Shown piece by piece: positions 1 through 8,896 of a DNA stretch of 64,000 nt (position 1 is the first letter of the stretch; every line of letters starts with the position of its first letter). The position numbers and the translations under genes are program-made. The notes under the pieces are model-generated. The model ran no database searches, was not told the DNA's origin, and worked only from the letters and a program-made list of their open reading frames with translations. Source of the stretch: an uncultured Bacteroidales bacterium (GTDB taxonomy: Bacteria > Bacteroidota > Bacteroidia > Bacteroidales > FEN-979). The stretch covers positions 3,563-67,562 of the forward strand of contig CAIKNA010000122.1 in NCBI GenBank assembly GCA_903828645.1. Reading direction: 5' to 3'.

Positions 1-1413
1 AAGGGTTTTGACCGCATCAGCGCTCTCGATTTCAGGGATATCCAGCAGGAGCATCGTCGCAACATGGTGGTCGTCAGCCGTCGGCATTCGTTTATCGCCT
101 GTCATGATGCGCATAAAAGCCGAGTAAAGGGTGCCCGACTGGGCAGAAGTACTCAGGTGATGACCGAATCCGATACCCAGCGGACGAATTGATCTTTGCA
201 GGCTGCCGTGGATCTGCTGCATGGTCCCCGTGGTTTCAATACTGAAACCTGCTTCGAGTTTTTTAAGCTCCTCCAGGTGTTTTGCCGCCCTGCTTGTGTT
301 GACCATCTGCCTGAAGAAATTGATGACCCGCCGTGGAAGCATCACTTCAGGTTTTGCCCCGATGCCGGGAAAGACTTTGCCGCTGAGGGCAAACTGCACA
401 TCAGAAGCCTTATTGAGCCATACATGTTTGGGATAGTCCATCATATTGCTCATGTTGATGAACAAACGGTTGTAAAACATCTGGATGTACCGGGGAGAAG
501 TGCGGCCGGCAAGTCTGAAGGCACCTGCCCGTTCGGCCAGCACGGTCATGCCGTAATCGATGGCCTCCGCACTTACAGAGTAAGTGAGGGGAGTGGCCAC
601 ACCCGGCATCATTTCACCGATGTTTCCGAGTGTCCAAATGTCATTGCTTGTTCCTTTAACCGTATCGAGTTCGTTGTAGTGAACCTCGTCCAGCGTGGTC
701 ACCGGCCTTACCTGGAGCCAGTGCAGTACTCCGTTATGGTCGATGGCCCATTCGAGATCGACAGGTTTGCCGAAGTGTTTTTCCACTTGCAGGGTACCCC
801 CGACAATTTCCCGGAGATGTTTTTCGTCAAGCAGGTGCCCGTTTTTTCCCACTTCAAATTTTATGTTCGATCCGCTGCGGAAAACTTCATAATGATGAGC
901 GTCTGTCATCCCGCTTACCAGTTCCTCACCCTTTCCGGCTATGGCATTGATGATGATCTGGTCGCGTCTGTTGTTTACCGGGTTTGCGGAAAATACAACG
1001 CCGGCAACACGGGCATCCACCATGTTCTGCAGGATTACTGAGAGACGCAGATCGGCATCCGAAAGAAAGTTTCCCGAATATGACTTCACGCGATCTGCAT
1101 TTCCCGCTGCGATGCAACTGATGATGGCTGCCTTTATTTCTTCAAAAGTATGGAGGTCGAGATACGACTCAAACTGACCGGCAAAAGAGACGGCATTGCC
1201 GTCTTCACTGACAGCAGATGAGCGCACTGCCTTCGGCCCCTCGCCCAGGATGGCGAGATGTTTCCTGACAACGTCATCGTCGAGTGTCTCTATTTGCGGA
1301 TGGATCAAGACAAAAGCACCCGGCACCTGCAAACCTATCTCCCTGAGCGTTTTCAGTCCCCTGGCCTTGCCGCCGACTTCCTCCAATGTAATTTCATGCA
1401 AAAACCTGATCAA
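1..1413 (-). CDS. PEP/pyruvate-binding (PPDK_N-type) domain protein, N-terminal ~470 codons; continues beyond the left edge
   Basis: Absent from the ORF track because it is open to position 1 and has a non-ATG start. My translation of the minus strand reads ..IRFLHEITLEEVGGKARGLKTLREIGLQVPGAFVL..KAVRSSAVSEDGNAVSFAGQFESYL..ILQNMVDARVAGVVFSANP..VDLEWAIDHNGVLHWLQVRPVT. The GGK and VRSS..ED..SFAGQ blocks typify the N-domain of PEP synthase/PPDK relatives. Only TTG starts (1413 or 1401) follow the in-frame TGA at 1447-1449. Track ORF 196..1041(+) is its antisense shadow. Confidence 0.6.
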   Translation of the reverse strand, partial: MIRFLHEITLEEVGGKARGLKTLREIGLQVPGAFVLIHPQIETLDDDVVRKHLAILGEGPKAVRSSAVSEDGNAVSFAGQFESYLDLHTFEEIKAAIISCIAAGNADRVKSYSGNFLSDADLRLSVILQNMVDARVAGVVFSANPVNNRRDQIIINAIAGKGEELVSGMTDAHHYEVFRSGSNIKFEVGKNGHLLDEKHLREIVGGTLQVEKHFGKPVDLEWAIDHNGVLHWLQVRPVTTLDEVHYNELDTVKGTSNDIWTLGNIGEMMPGVATPLTYSVSAEAIDYGMTVLAERAGAFRLAGRTSPRYIQMFYNRLFINMSNMMDYPKHVWLNKASDVQFALSGKVFPGIGAKPEVMLPRRVINFFRQMVNTSRAAKHLEELKKLEAGFSIETTGTMQQIHGSLQRSIRPLGIGFGHHLSTSAQSGTLYSAFMRIMTGDKRMPTADDHHVATMLLLDIPEIESADAVKTL

Positions 1414-1446
1414 AACCCTTTCCTCCCCAGCTTCATTTCGAAATTT

Positions 1447-2529
1447 TCAAATCCCTTTATATCTATCCGCATGGAATCCGAATTCAACCATGCCGACACC
1501 GTCGGAGCCATCAAATTTATAGGTGCCAATCCCCTCCCGCATCATGTACTTCCCGTCATGCAGGTATGGAAACTCTCCATGCCGCCAGAATTCCATCCGG
1601 TGTGTTTTCCCGTCGCGGGTCCTGATCTCCACAAATCCATGATCCGGCAGCAACTTTTCTTTGGAGACCGTGTCAAGGTCGGTGCATTCCACGATGGCAT
1701 CTGTGGTGCCGTCGGGGGCGGTAATAAACCCTGCGGTAAGGCGTCCGAGGAATTGCCACTTAATCGTGGTTACTGTCCAGTGCATCCCTGATTCTGAAAC
1801 ACCGGTGATCCAGTAATGCCGGTCCCAGGTGAGCCAATTGCGCGAACCGAAGGAGTGGTCGCGCGAACCCATCATATCGAGTTGAGTGGTTTTCCCGTCC
1901 AGGACGATGGTTCCCTTGAAATTTCCCGTTTGTTCATAGTGAACCTGGTGGGTATCCTTCATGGCGTGGAAGAACGATTTTGTCCACTTTTCCTTAGCAA
2001 TAGCCCCGGCAATGACATGATGGTCTGAACTTTTCGCAAAATCATATACGGGATGATCGCCGGTGAATACCATGTTGGCAATACAACGATGCGGTTTCCC
2101 CGACCGGTCATGAACATTTCCTTCAAAAGTGACCCGCCAGATTTTTCCTGTTTCGATCGGCTCCCATTTCAAAGAGCCCTGCTGGAAACCAGCTCCTTCT
2201 GGTCCAGGGGAGGATGTCAAACCAAAATAACCAAGATCTTTAATGAAAAAATCGAACCAGAATTCGTTTGGCCGTTTCGGCTCCCTGAAGGCCATCCGGG
2301 TGATGAACGCATTGCCTTCCCTGTCGCCGCCATAAAAATATGAACTGTCGTTGGGATAAGGCTGTGCCTGGTCAACATGTTTTTGTTCAAGAAAATCAAC
2401 AGGGTACTGCCGGCTTTTGGTACGTTTCACCATTTGCCGGGCGATGAGCAGTTTCAGCATAGAGTTAGTTTTGGGGTGCAAACTTAGGAATTTATCTCTG
2501 ATTTTCGCAAATGAAAGGCTGTTCCGCAT
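1447..2529 (-). CDS. hypothetical protein (360 aa), family not recognised
   Basis: Long ORF co-oriented with and abutting the PEP-binding-domain gene. I can name no diagnostic motif. The start may be internal (Met24 or Met33), because a terminator hairpin ends at 2530. Confidence 0.55.
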   Translation of the reverse strand: MRNSLSFAKIRDKFLSLHPKTNSMLKLLIARQMVKRTKSRQYPVDFLEQKHVDQAQPYPNDSSYFYGGDREGNAFITRMAFREPKRPNEFWFDFFIKDLGYFGLTSSPGPEGAGFQQGSLKWEPIETGKIWRVTFEGNVHDRSGKPHRCIANMVFTGDHPVYDFAKSSDHHVIAGAIAKEKWTKSFFHAMKDTHQVHYEQTGNFKGTIVLDGKTTQLDMMGSRDHSFGSRNWLTWDRHYWITGVSESGMHWTVTTIKWQFLGRLTAGFITAPDGTTDAIVECTDLDTVSKEKLLPDHGFVEIRTRDGKTHRMEFWRHGEFPYLHDGKYMMREGIGTYKFDGSDGVGMVEFGFHADRYKGI

Positions 2530-2566
2530 AAAATCAAAAGCCCGCCCGATTCACATCCGGCAGGCT
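2530..2566 (-). terminator. intrinsic terminator closing the hydrogenase operon
   Basis: The minus-strand RNA reads AGCCUGCC..(loop)..GGGCGGGC, a 7-bp GC-rich stem with one G-U, followed by UUUUGAUUU. It lies 28 nt after the hydC-like stop. Confidence 0.55.
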
Positions 2567-2594
2567 CCGACCATTTATATTAACCAAAATATGC

Positions 2595-3074
2595 CTAATT
2601 GTTGTATTCAGCAACTATATCTTTAACGCCATCAGGAGAAACACGGCCATAAACCTTTTCCCCGACCAGCACGACCGGAGCAAGCCCGCATGCGCCTACA
2701 CAACGCAGGCAGCTCAGCGAAAATTTCCCGTCGGGAGTGGTTTCCCCGACCTGGATTTTAAGGACACGTTTGAATTCTTCCAGAACCTTCTCGGCACCAC
2801 GCACATAACAGGCTGTTCCCAGGCAGATGGAGATCGGATGTTCCCCCTTGGGAAGCATGGTGAAAAAGGAGTAAAAGGTCACAACACCGTAAACATGTGC
2901 AACAGAAACATTTAATTCCTTTGCAATCACCTCCTGCAATTCGGCCGGAAGATATCCGAAGATGCTCTGGGCTTTGTGCAGCACATTGATGAGTTCACCC
3001 TTTTCGTTGTTAAAGGACTTGCAAACCTCCTTCAACTCTGCTATTTTTTTCTCTGATAATTTAATCTTTGCCAT
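2595..3074 (-). CDS. hydC: [FeFe]-hydrogenase small electron-transfer subunit, NuoE/HydC-type thioredoxin-like [2Fe-2S] protein
   Basis: 159 aa with the NuoE-like Cys pattern (SICLGTACYVRG ... LSCLRCVGACGLAPV). It is the last gene of the hydrogenase operon. Confidence 0.85.
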   Translation of the reverse strand: MAKIKLSEKKIAELKEVCKSFNNEKGELINVLHKAQSIFGYLPAELQEVIAKELNVSVAHVYGVVTFYSFFTMLPKGEHPISICLGTACYVRGAEKVLEEFKRVLKIQVGETTPDGKFSLSCLRCVGACGLAPVVLVGEKVYGRVSPDGVKDIVAEYNN

Positions 3075-3103
3075 AATGAAAATTTAAAACTCCAACAAAA
3101 CCC

Positions 3104-3140
3104 CTAACACTTAAAACTTAACACTTAACACTTAAACTTA
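3104..3140. repeat. degenerate heptanucleotide tandem repeat (TTAACAC)x5 in the hydA-hydC spacer
   Basis: Read directly: ctaacac ttaaaac ttaacac ttaacac ttaaact. The last unit overlaps the hydA stop codon. Confidence 0.8.
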
Positions 3141-4910
3141 TTCTTCCACAAACGTCCCCTGGCTTTTATCAAAATAATGGGTATGCAGCAGGTGATGCGA
3201 CTTTTCGCTCAGCGGTTTCCCTAAAAACTCCTTATAGAGTTCAATGATAAATGGGTTTTCATGCGATTTGCGAATGGGTTTGCCGACATCTTCCCTGTAG
3301 ATTGCTGCAGCGCGTTTTTTAATGATCTCAGAATCCCCATGGTGGAATGGCTGACCTCCGCCTCCGATGCACCCGCCCGGGCAAGCCATGATTTCGATGG
3401 CATGGAACTGGCTCTTGCCGGCCCTGACATCTTCAAGCAGTTTTCGTGCATTTCCAAGCCCGTGGGCGATGCCGATTTTGATTGGCAAACCATTGAAATC
3501 CAATGTGGCATGGCGAATGCTCTCCAATCCGCGCAATTCATTGAATTCGACTTTTTCAAGCTTCTTGCCTGTATAAAGTTCATAGGCCGTGCGGCATGCA
3601 GCTTCAATCACACCCCCTGTATTTGCAAATATCACACCTGCCCCTGTAGATTCTCCGAGCGGGTTGTCAAAATCTTCATCCGGCAAACTGTTGAAATCAA
3701 TATTTGCCAGTTTGATAAGCTGGGCAAGTTCACGGGTTGAAAGGGAAAAATTGACATCCGGGTCGCCGTTTACTTTAAATTCATCCCGCTGACATTCATA
3801 TTTCTTTGCAAGGCATGGCATGATGGAAACAACGATCATGTTTTTTCGGTCGATGCCAAGTTTTTTTCCGAAATATTCTTTTGCGATCGGCCCGAACATC
3901 TGCTGTGGTGATTTTGCAGTGGAGGGAACATCCATCAGGTCTGGAAAATTGTGCTCAAAGAAGTTGACCCATCCCGGGCAACAGGAGGTGAGGATGGGTA
4001 GTTTTACATTTTGATCACCCTTGAGGTAACGGGTAAGGCGGTCGAGTAGTTCGCTTCCTTCTTCCATGATGGTGAGGTCGGCAGCAAAATCGGTGTCGAA
4101 CACGTAGTTAAAGCCTAGTCGTCTGAGTGCAGCGACCATCTTACCCGTTACAAGGGTGCCTGGCGCAAGGCCAAATTCTTCGCCAAGGGCGGCGCGGACG
4201 GCAGGGGCTGTTTGAACAACAACTGTTTTTGTAGGGTCTGCGAGTGAATTAATCACGTTGCGCGAGTGGTCAACTTCGGTCAGGGCACCGGTAGGACAAA
4301 CAGATACACATTGTCCACAGTAAGTACAGGGAGATTTCTCGAGATTCATTTCGAATGCCGGAGCTACCACTGCCATAAACCCTCTGTTGACGGCAGAAAG
4401 CGCACCTACCGTCTGTACATCATTACACATCATTTCGCACCGCCGGCACATGATGCATTTGTCCACATCCCGGATGATGGCAGGCGACGTATCTTTACGA
4501 TAAGTCGACTGCTCACCCTGGTAGGGTAATTCGCGTACGCCAAGTTGCTGTGCCATCGTCTGGAGCTCACAACTCCCCGATTTGGCACAGGTCAGACATT
4601 CAGCAGGATGATCGGAGAGAATTAACTCCAGAACAGTACGGCGCGCGTTCAAAACCCTGATTGAGTGGGTATTAATAACCATATCCTTTGCAACATTGGT
4701 AGAACAGGCTGGAGCGAGGTTTCGCCGCCCGACGACTTCAACCACACAAATGCGGCATCCGCCCGGACGGTTTTCAATGTTCATGTCTTTGAGTTGAAAG
4801 TAGCAAAGGGTAGGTATATCTATGCCAATTGTTTTGGCTGCTTTTAAAATCGTTGTATCTTTTTCAACCTCAACGGGTTTTCCGTCGATGGTCAGTTTTA
4901 CCATTTCCAT
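3138..4910 (-). CDS. hydA: [FeFe]-hydrogenase catalytic subunit (M3-type: 2Fe-2S + His-ligated 4Fe-4S + 2x4Fe-4S + H-domain)
   Basis: 590 aa with all three H-cluster motifs: LTSCCPGW, MPCLAKKYE, EIMACPGGCIGGGGQP. N-terminal Fe-S motifs: HPAECLTCAKSGSCELQ, CIMCRRCEMMC, CTYCGQCVSVCPTGAL. Confidence 0.95.
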   Translation of the reverse strand: MEMVKLTIDGKPVEVEKDTTILKAAKTIGIDIPTLCYFQLKDMNIENRPGGCRICVVEVVGRRNLAPACSTNVAKDMVINTHSIRVLNARRTVLELILSDHPAECLTCAKSGSCELQTMAQQLGVRELPYQGEQSTYRKDTSPAIIRDVDKCIMCRRCEMMCNDVQTVGALSAVNRGFMAVVAPAFEMNLEKSPCTYCGQCVSVCPTGALTEVDHSRNVINSLADPTKTVVVQTAPAVRAALGEEFGLAPGTLVTGKMVAALRRLGFNYVFDTDFAADLTIMEEGSELLDRLTRYLKGDQNVKLPILTSCCPGWVNFFEHNFPDLMDVPSTAKSPQQMFGPIAKEYFGKKLGIDRKNMIVVSIMPCLAKKYECQRDEFKVNGDPDVNFSLSTRELAQLIKLANIDFNSLPDEDFDNPLGESTGAGVIFANTGGVIEAACRTAYELYTGKKLEKVEFNELRGLESIRHATLDFNGLPIKIGIAHGLGNARKLLEDVRAGKSQFHAIEIMACPGGCIGGGGQPFHHGDSEIIKKRAAAIYREDVGKPIRKSHENPFIIELYKEFLGKPLSEKSHHLLHTHYFDKSQGTFVEE

Positions 4911-4923
4911 CTAGTCCTCCTGG

Positions 4924-6717
4924 TTATTTAATAAAAATCGCATTGAATTTACATTTCTCCATACATGCGCCGCATTTGATGCACTTTTCCTGGTCGATCA
5001 GGTGTACCTGCTTGCGTTCGCCAGATATGGCGTCGACCGGACAATTCCTGGCACAAAGCGTACAGCCGATGCAGTTTTCAGGAATAATGATGTATTGCAT
5101 AAGCGATTTGCAACTCCCGGCACGACATTTTTTATCGCCAACATGTTCCAGATATTCATGGTAAAAATTTGCCATGGACGAGAGGACTGGATTCGGCGAG
5201 GTCTGGCCCAGCCCGCAGAGTGAAGTATCTTTTATTACATGGCTCAGGTTGCGAAGTTTGTCGAGGTCTTCCATCACTGCATGCCCCTGGGTCACCTTCT
5301 CAAGCATCTCAAACAACCGTTTATTGCCGATCCGGCATGGCGAACATTTTCCACAGGACTCTTCAACGGTAAATTCGAGGTAGAATTTGGCCATGGCTAC
5401 CATGCAGTCATCTTCATCCATCACGATCATGCCGCCCGACCCCATCATGGAACCGGCAGCGATCAGGTTGTCGTAATCAATCGGCGTGTCAAGGTCTTTT
5501 TCTGTCAGCATGCCTCCTGAAGGCCCACCGGTTTGAACGGCTTTGAATTTGCGGTCGTTTTTGATCCCGCCGCCTATCTCAAAAATGATTTCACGAAGGG
5601 TAATTCCCATGGGAACTTCGATGAGTCCCACGTTATTGATTTTCCCGGCGAGGGCAAAGACTTTTGTCCCTTTGGATTTTTCAGTACCGATGCTTGCATA
5701 CCAGTCTGCACCTTTAAGGATGATCGCAGGGATGTTCGCATAGGTCTCCACGTTGTTTACGTTGGTAGGCTTGCCAAGGAATCCCGATTCGGATGGAAAT
5801 GGCGGTTTTACAGTAGGTTCGCCTCTTAAACCTTCCATCGAATGGATCAACGCTGTTTCTTCGCCGCAAACAAATGCGCCGGCACCGTAACGGATCTCGA
5901 TGTCAAAATTGAAACCGGTACCAAGTATGTCTTTTCCGAGAAGCCCGGATTCCCTGGCCTGCTTCATGGCGATTTTCAGACGTTCGACCGCCAGGGGGTA
6001 CTCCGCACGAATGTAGATGACACCTTTGTCTGCCCCTGTGCAATAACCATTGATCGCCATTGCTTCGAGCACCGTATGAGGATCTCCTTCGAGCACCGAC
6101 CGGTCCATGAATGCACCGGGGTCTCCCTCATCGGCATTACAAACCACATATTTCTGGTCGGCTTTGACGGCACGGGTGATCTCCCACTTCAACCCGGTGG
6201 GGAATCCACCGCCGCCACGTCCGCGAAGGCCCGATTTTTTCAGGATTTCAATAGTGCCCTCAGGGGTCAGTTCGGTAAGAACTTTGCCGAGCGCCTGGTA
6301 GCCATCCCTGGCGATATATTCATCGATGTTTTCAGGGTTGATAAATCCGCAATTCCGCAGTGCAATCCGGATCTGTTTCTTATAGAACCCCATGTGCTTT
6401 GAATCGCTTTTGTATTCCCCGGTTTCAGGATCCTGGTATAATAACCGGTGCACCCTTCTTCCTTTGATTATATGCTCCTCAAGAATCTCTGCGCAATCCT
6501 CGGGTTTTACCTGGGTGTAAAAAGTATTGTCGGGCATCATTTTAACGATGGGACCCTTTTCACAAAACCCGAAGCAACCTGTCTTGATAACCTGGACCTC
6601 GTTTTCAAGGCCCTTGGTGTTTATTAAATCCTGGAAATTTTTCAGGATTTCTTCGCTTTTTGAAGCTTGACATCCAGTCCCGCCGCAAACAAGCATGTGG
6701 TATTTAATTTTTGCCAT
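4924..6717 (-). CDS. hydB: NuoF-like flavoprotein subunit of bifurcating-type hydrogenase (N-terminal 2Fe-2S domain, FMN/NAD(P)H core, C-terminal 2x[4Fe-4S])
   Basis: 597 aa. N-terminus VCGGTGC..CFGFCEKGP; FMN site GLRGRGGGGFPTGLKW; CNADEGDPGAFMDR; N3 cluster ESCGKCSPCRIG; C-terminus CIGCTLCARNCP and CIKCGACMEKC. Confidence 0.93.
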   Translation of the reverse strand: MAKIKYHMLVCGGTGCQASKSEEILKNFQDLINTKGLENEVQVIKTGCFGFCEKGPIVKMMPDNTFYTQVKPEDCAEILEEHIIKGRRVHRLLYQDPETGEYKSDSKHMGFYKKQIRIALRNCGFINPENIDEYIARDGYQALGKVLTELTPEGTIEILKKSGLRGRGGGGFPTGLKWEITRAVKADQKYVVCNADEGDPGAFMDRSVLEGDPHTVLEAMAINGYCTGADKGVIYIRAEYPLAVERLKIAMKQARESGLLGKDILGTGFNFDIEIRYGAGAFVCGEETALIHSMEGLRGEPTVKPPFPSESGFLGKPTNVNNVETYANIPAIILKGADWYASIGTEKSKGTKVFALAGKINNVGLIEVPMGITLREIIFEIGGGIKNDRKFKAVQTGGPSGGMLTEKDLDTPIDYDNLIAAGSMMGSGGMIVMDEDDCMVAMAKFYLEFTVEESCGKCSPCRIGNKRLFEMLEKVTQGHAVMEDLDKLRNLSHVIKDTSLCGLGQTSPNPVLSSMANFYHEYLEHVGDKKCRAGSCKSLMQYIIIPENCIGCTLCARNCPVDAISGERKQVHLIDQEKCIKCGACMEKCKFNAIFIK

Positions 6718-6734
6718 CTGACTAACTCCGGATT

Positions 6735-7133
6735 TTATTTGTTTTCGATCGTTTCATAATTTACCGGGATGATCCCGTCTACCAATTCGTTGTTCAGCAC
6801 GTATTTGTCAATAATCCTGATAGCTTTTTTAACATCAACATAGCCAAAGGTGATGGGTTCGTTCCCGGGTTTGGTTATTTCCACGGTTGGTTCTGCATAG
6901 CAGTATCCCATGCAGCCGGTCTGCGTAACCACTGCGTCAATGTTGCGCTTGGTAAATTCATCGATGAATACTTCCATCACCTCCTTGGCGCCTGAAGCAA
7001 TGCCACAGGTTGCCATGGCAACTTTCACCTGGATCCTGCTATCGGGATTGTTGCTCTTTTCACGTAAGTCAATTTTGGCACGAAGGGTTTCCTGCATTTT
7101 TTTCAAGTCGGCCAGTGATTTGATTTTTTCCAT
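6735..7133 (-). CDS. thioredoxin-like [2Fe-2S] ferredoxin (HydD/HndB-like accessory subunit)
   Basis: 132 aa with VAMATCGIASGA ... TGCMGYCYAEP. It sits immediately upstream of hydB. Confidence 0.75.
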   Translation of the reverse strand: MEKIKSLADLKKMQETLRAKIDLREKSNNPDSRIQVKVAMATCGIASGAKEVMEVFIDEFTKRNIDAVVTQTGCMGYCYAEPTVEITKPGNEPITFGYVDVKKAIRIIDKYVLNNELVDGIIPVNYETIENK

Positions 7134-7154
7134 AATTATTCTGTTGTATCAATT

Positions 7155-7709
7155 TTATGAAGTCAGCGAAACGCCGATTTCGTTAAGATTCTCCGTGATC
7201 ATCTCCTGTAGGTAACGATATACAATGGGGTCATTCATAGGGACATTCCCCAGGGCCTCCTTTGCCTCCGTTGTCGAAAAAAAGTATCTCTTCCCGTTTT
7301 TCGTGTGCGAATAGGCAAATCCGGTTTCCGGGTTGGCAATGGCAGTCAGCACAACGGCACCCGGGATATCCCCTGATACCGGCCGGTCAAGATGGTCAAG
7401 CACAAACTGCGCACTGATCCTGGTTCCTTTTCCCACTTCGCTTTCCAGGCTCATGCTGCCACCTGTCCTTTCAGCATTTTGTTTTAACAACGGCAAACCC
7501 AGTCCGACATGTCGTGTGGTTCGGGTTGTAAAATATGGATCAGTCACCTGTTTTACAATCTCCTCTGTCATGCCCTTTCCGTTGTCGGTAATTTCAAGCT
7601 TTAAAAAATTGTGAAAAGTATCTTCAACTACATCAAGCGAAATGAAGGTCGCTTTGGCGCTGATCGCGTTTTGAAAAATATCCATGATGTGCATCGATAA
7701 ATCTTTCAC
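7155..7709 (-). CDS. stand-alone GHKL (histidine-kinase-like) ATPase domain protein with uncharacterised C-terminal half
   Basis: 184 aa. N-box-like MDIFQNAISA, G1 box ITDNGKGM, G2 box HVGLGLPL, then GKGTRISAQF. It has no H-box or DHp domain. Confidence 0.75.
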   Translation of the reverse strand: MKDLSMHIMDIFQNAISAKATFISLDVVEDTFHNFLKLEITDNGKGMTEEIVKQVTDPYFTTRTTRHVGLGLPLLKQNAERTGGSMSLESEVGKGTRISAQFVLDHLDRPVSGDIPGAVVLTAIANPETGFAYSHTKNGKRYFFSTTEAKEALGNVPMNDPIVYRYLQEMITENLNEIGVSLTS

Positions 7710-7765
7710 GGCAAAATTACTAATTCTTATTGTTATATAATTAACTTTGTTATTAAATTAACAAT

Positions 7766-8509
7766 TTAGTTGATAATTTCAGTTCTCCAGGGGCCGGTGG
7801 CATGCATGGCCTCCCTGATTTCACGAAATCCTGGATGTCTCAATTCAAAAACCGTCACCCTTTTTCCGATCTGTTCAGGATAATGCGCGTCAGAACCGCT
7901 TACAAAGGTAAAATTGCGGAGGACGGGATGCCGGGACAGAAATTCATCCTGCCTGCAGAAGGGCGAAATTTCGAGCGCATCCACTTTCAGGTCAGGTGGA
8001 AGAAACCCCAGCTGGCCAATAACGCTGAAACGCGTTTTGTCGATGTGGGCCGGGATAAACAGGCCATTTAACCGGTGAACCTCTGCTTCAACCTGGTCGA
8101 TGCTTTTGTTTAAAGCTGAAGTCAGGATTCGTTCCTCAGTGAATGAAATGTTATTCTCTGCATCAACAGCTACCTGGTGCCCAAACCGGTTGACATCATT
8201 CGGAATATCAGGCAGGTGCTTATCCAGGAATCCCTGGAAGTCAAATAATTGTTTATCGGTTTCAAAGAACGCCAGGCAGTGAACCTCCTCCTTCGTAGTC
8301 ACCTCGGAGCCGGAAAGCACAAAAATGCCGCTGATTTCACCAAGCTCTTTAACAACCCTGCACTGCCGGGTACTGTTATGATCGGTGATGCCGATGATAT
8401 CCAGTTGCATCTCCTTTGCCCTGGCAATGATGACATCAGGGCTCATACCCAGGTCGCCGCAGGGCGACAGGACCGTGTGAATGTGAAGATCAGCCCTGAA
8501 CTTTTTCAT
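7766..8509 (-). CDS. PHP-domain phosphoesterase
   Basis: 247 aa. ADLHIHTVLSPCGD at the N-terminus, ITDHNS, and SGSDAHYPEQIG near the C-terminus (PHP His/Asp metal motifs). It overlaps the upstream gene by 1 nt at 8509. Confidence 0.8.
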   Translation of the reverse strand: MKKFRADLHIHTVLSPCGDLGMSPDVIIARAKEMQLDIIGITDHNSTRQCRVVKELGEISGIFVLSGSEVTTKEEVHCLAFFETDKQLFDFQGFLDKHLPDIPNDVNRFGHQVAVDAENNISFTEERILTSALNKSIDQVEAEVHRLNGLFIPAHIDKTRFSVIGQLGFLPPDLKVDALEISPFCRQDEFLSRHPVLRNFTFVSGSDAHYPEQIGKRVTVFELRHPGFREIREAMHATGPWRTEIIN

Positions 8510-8844
8510 CAGCCGTTTAGGTGTTTATATATTTTTCCTGATATTTCAAACGCCTCCTCTTCAGTACCCAGCACGGGGATCCCTTCTATGTTGCTTTGTA
8601 CAAGCATGTCGGCTTCGGGTTGGTATCCCTTTACCAGGACAATCGCGGATAGCTCTTTGAGCGAAGCGATAGCCATCACATTTTTATGTGTTTGAAGGGT
8701 GATCCACACACTTCCTGACCGCGCATGGCCCATCACATCACTCAGCAGATCGGAAGTATAACCGCCGGTAATTTCCCGGTCAAGCCCTTTTTCCCCGCCA
8801 ATAACTATCAACCCGAGTCTTGTAACCAATTCTGAAACATCCAT
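8509..8844 (-). CDS. DRTGG-domain protein (paralogue 2)
   Basis: 111 aa. YTSDLLSDVMGHARSGSVWITLQTH..AIASL..LSAIVLVKG..IPVLGTEEEAFEISGKIY aligns by eye with the 114-aa protein at 10732-11076 and with the DRTGG pattern. Confidence 0.65.
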   Translation of the reverse strand: MDVSELVTRLGLIVIGGEKGLDREITGGYTSDLLSDVMGHARSGSVWITLQTHKNVMAIASLKELSAIVLVKGYQPEADMLVQSNIEGIPVLGTEEEAFEISGKIYKHLNG

Positions 8845-8896
8845 CGTTCAATTTGTTTTATTTGCCTCATCCCAGGGGATGAGGTGTTGTCCTGTT

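Noticed and set aside
196-1041. 281-aa plus-strand ORF (and the nested ORFs 221-436, 695-892, 941-1177, 1196-1522, 1258-1791) suggested by the track
   Set aside because: They lie antisense to an uninterrupted minus-strand frame with clear PPDK_N-type motifs (VGGKARG, VRSSAVSEDG..SFAGQ). Their own translations have no recognisable motifs and a shadow-frame composition rich in Cys, His and Phe.
1399-1449. The 360-aa ORF and the PEP-binding-domain ORF are in the same reading frame, separated only by TGA at 1447-1449: possible read-through, selenocysteine or a fusion protein
   Set aside because: Same-frame adjacency has a one-in-three chance. TGA is used as a genuine stop elsewhere (for example tig at 45301). 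The PPDK_N domain begins about 12 residues after the TTG at 1413, as expected for a normal N-terminus. I saw no SECIS-like hairpin.
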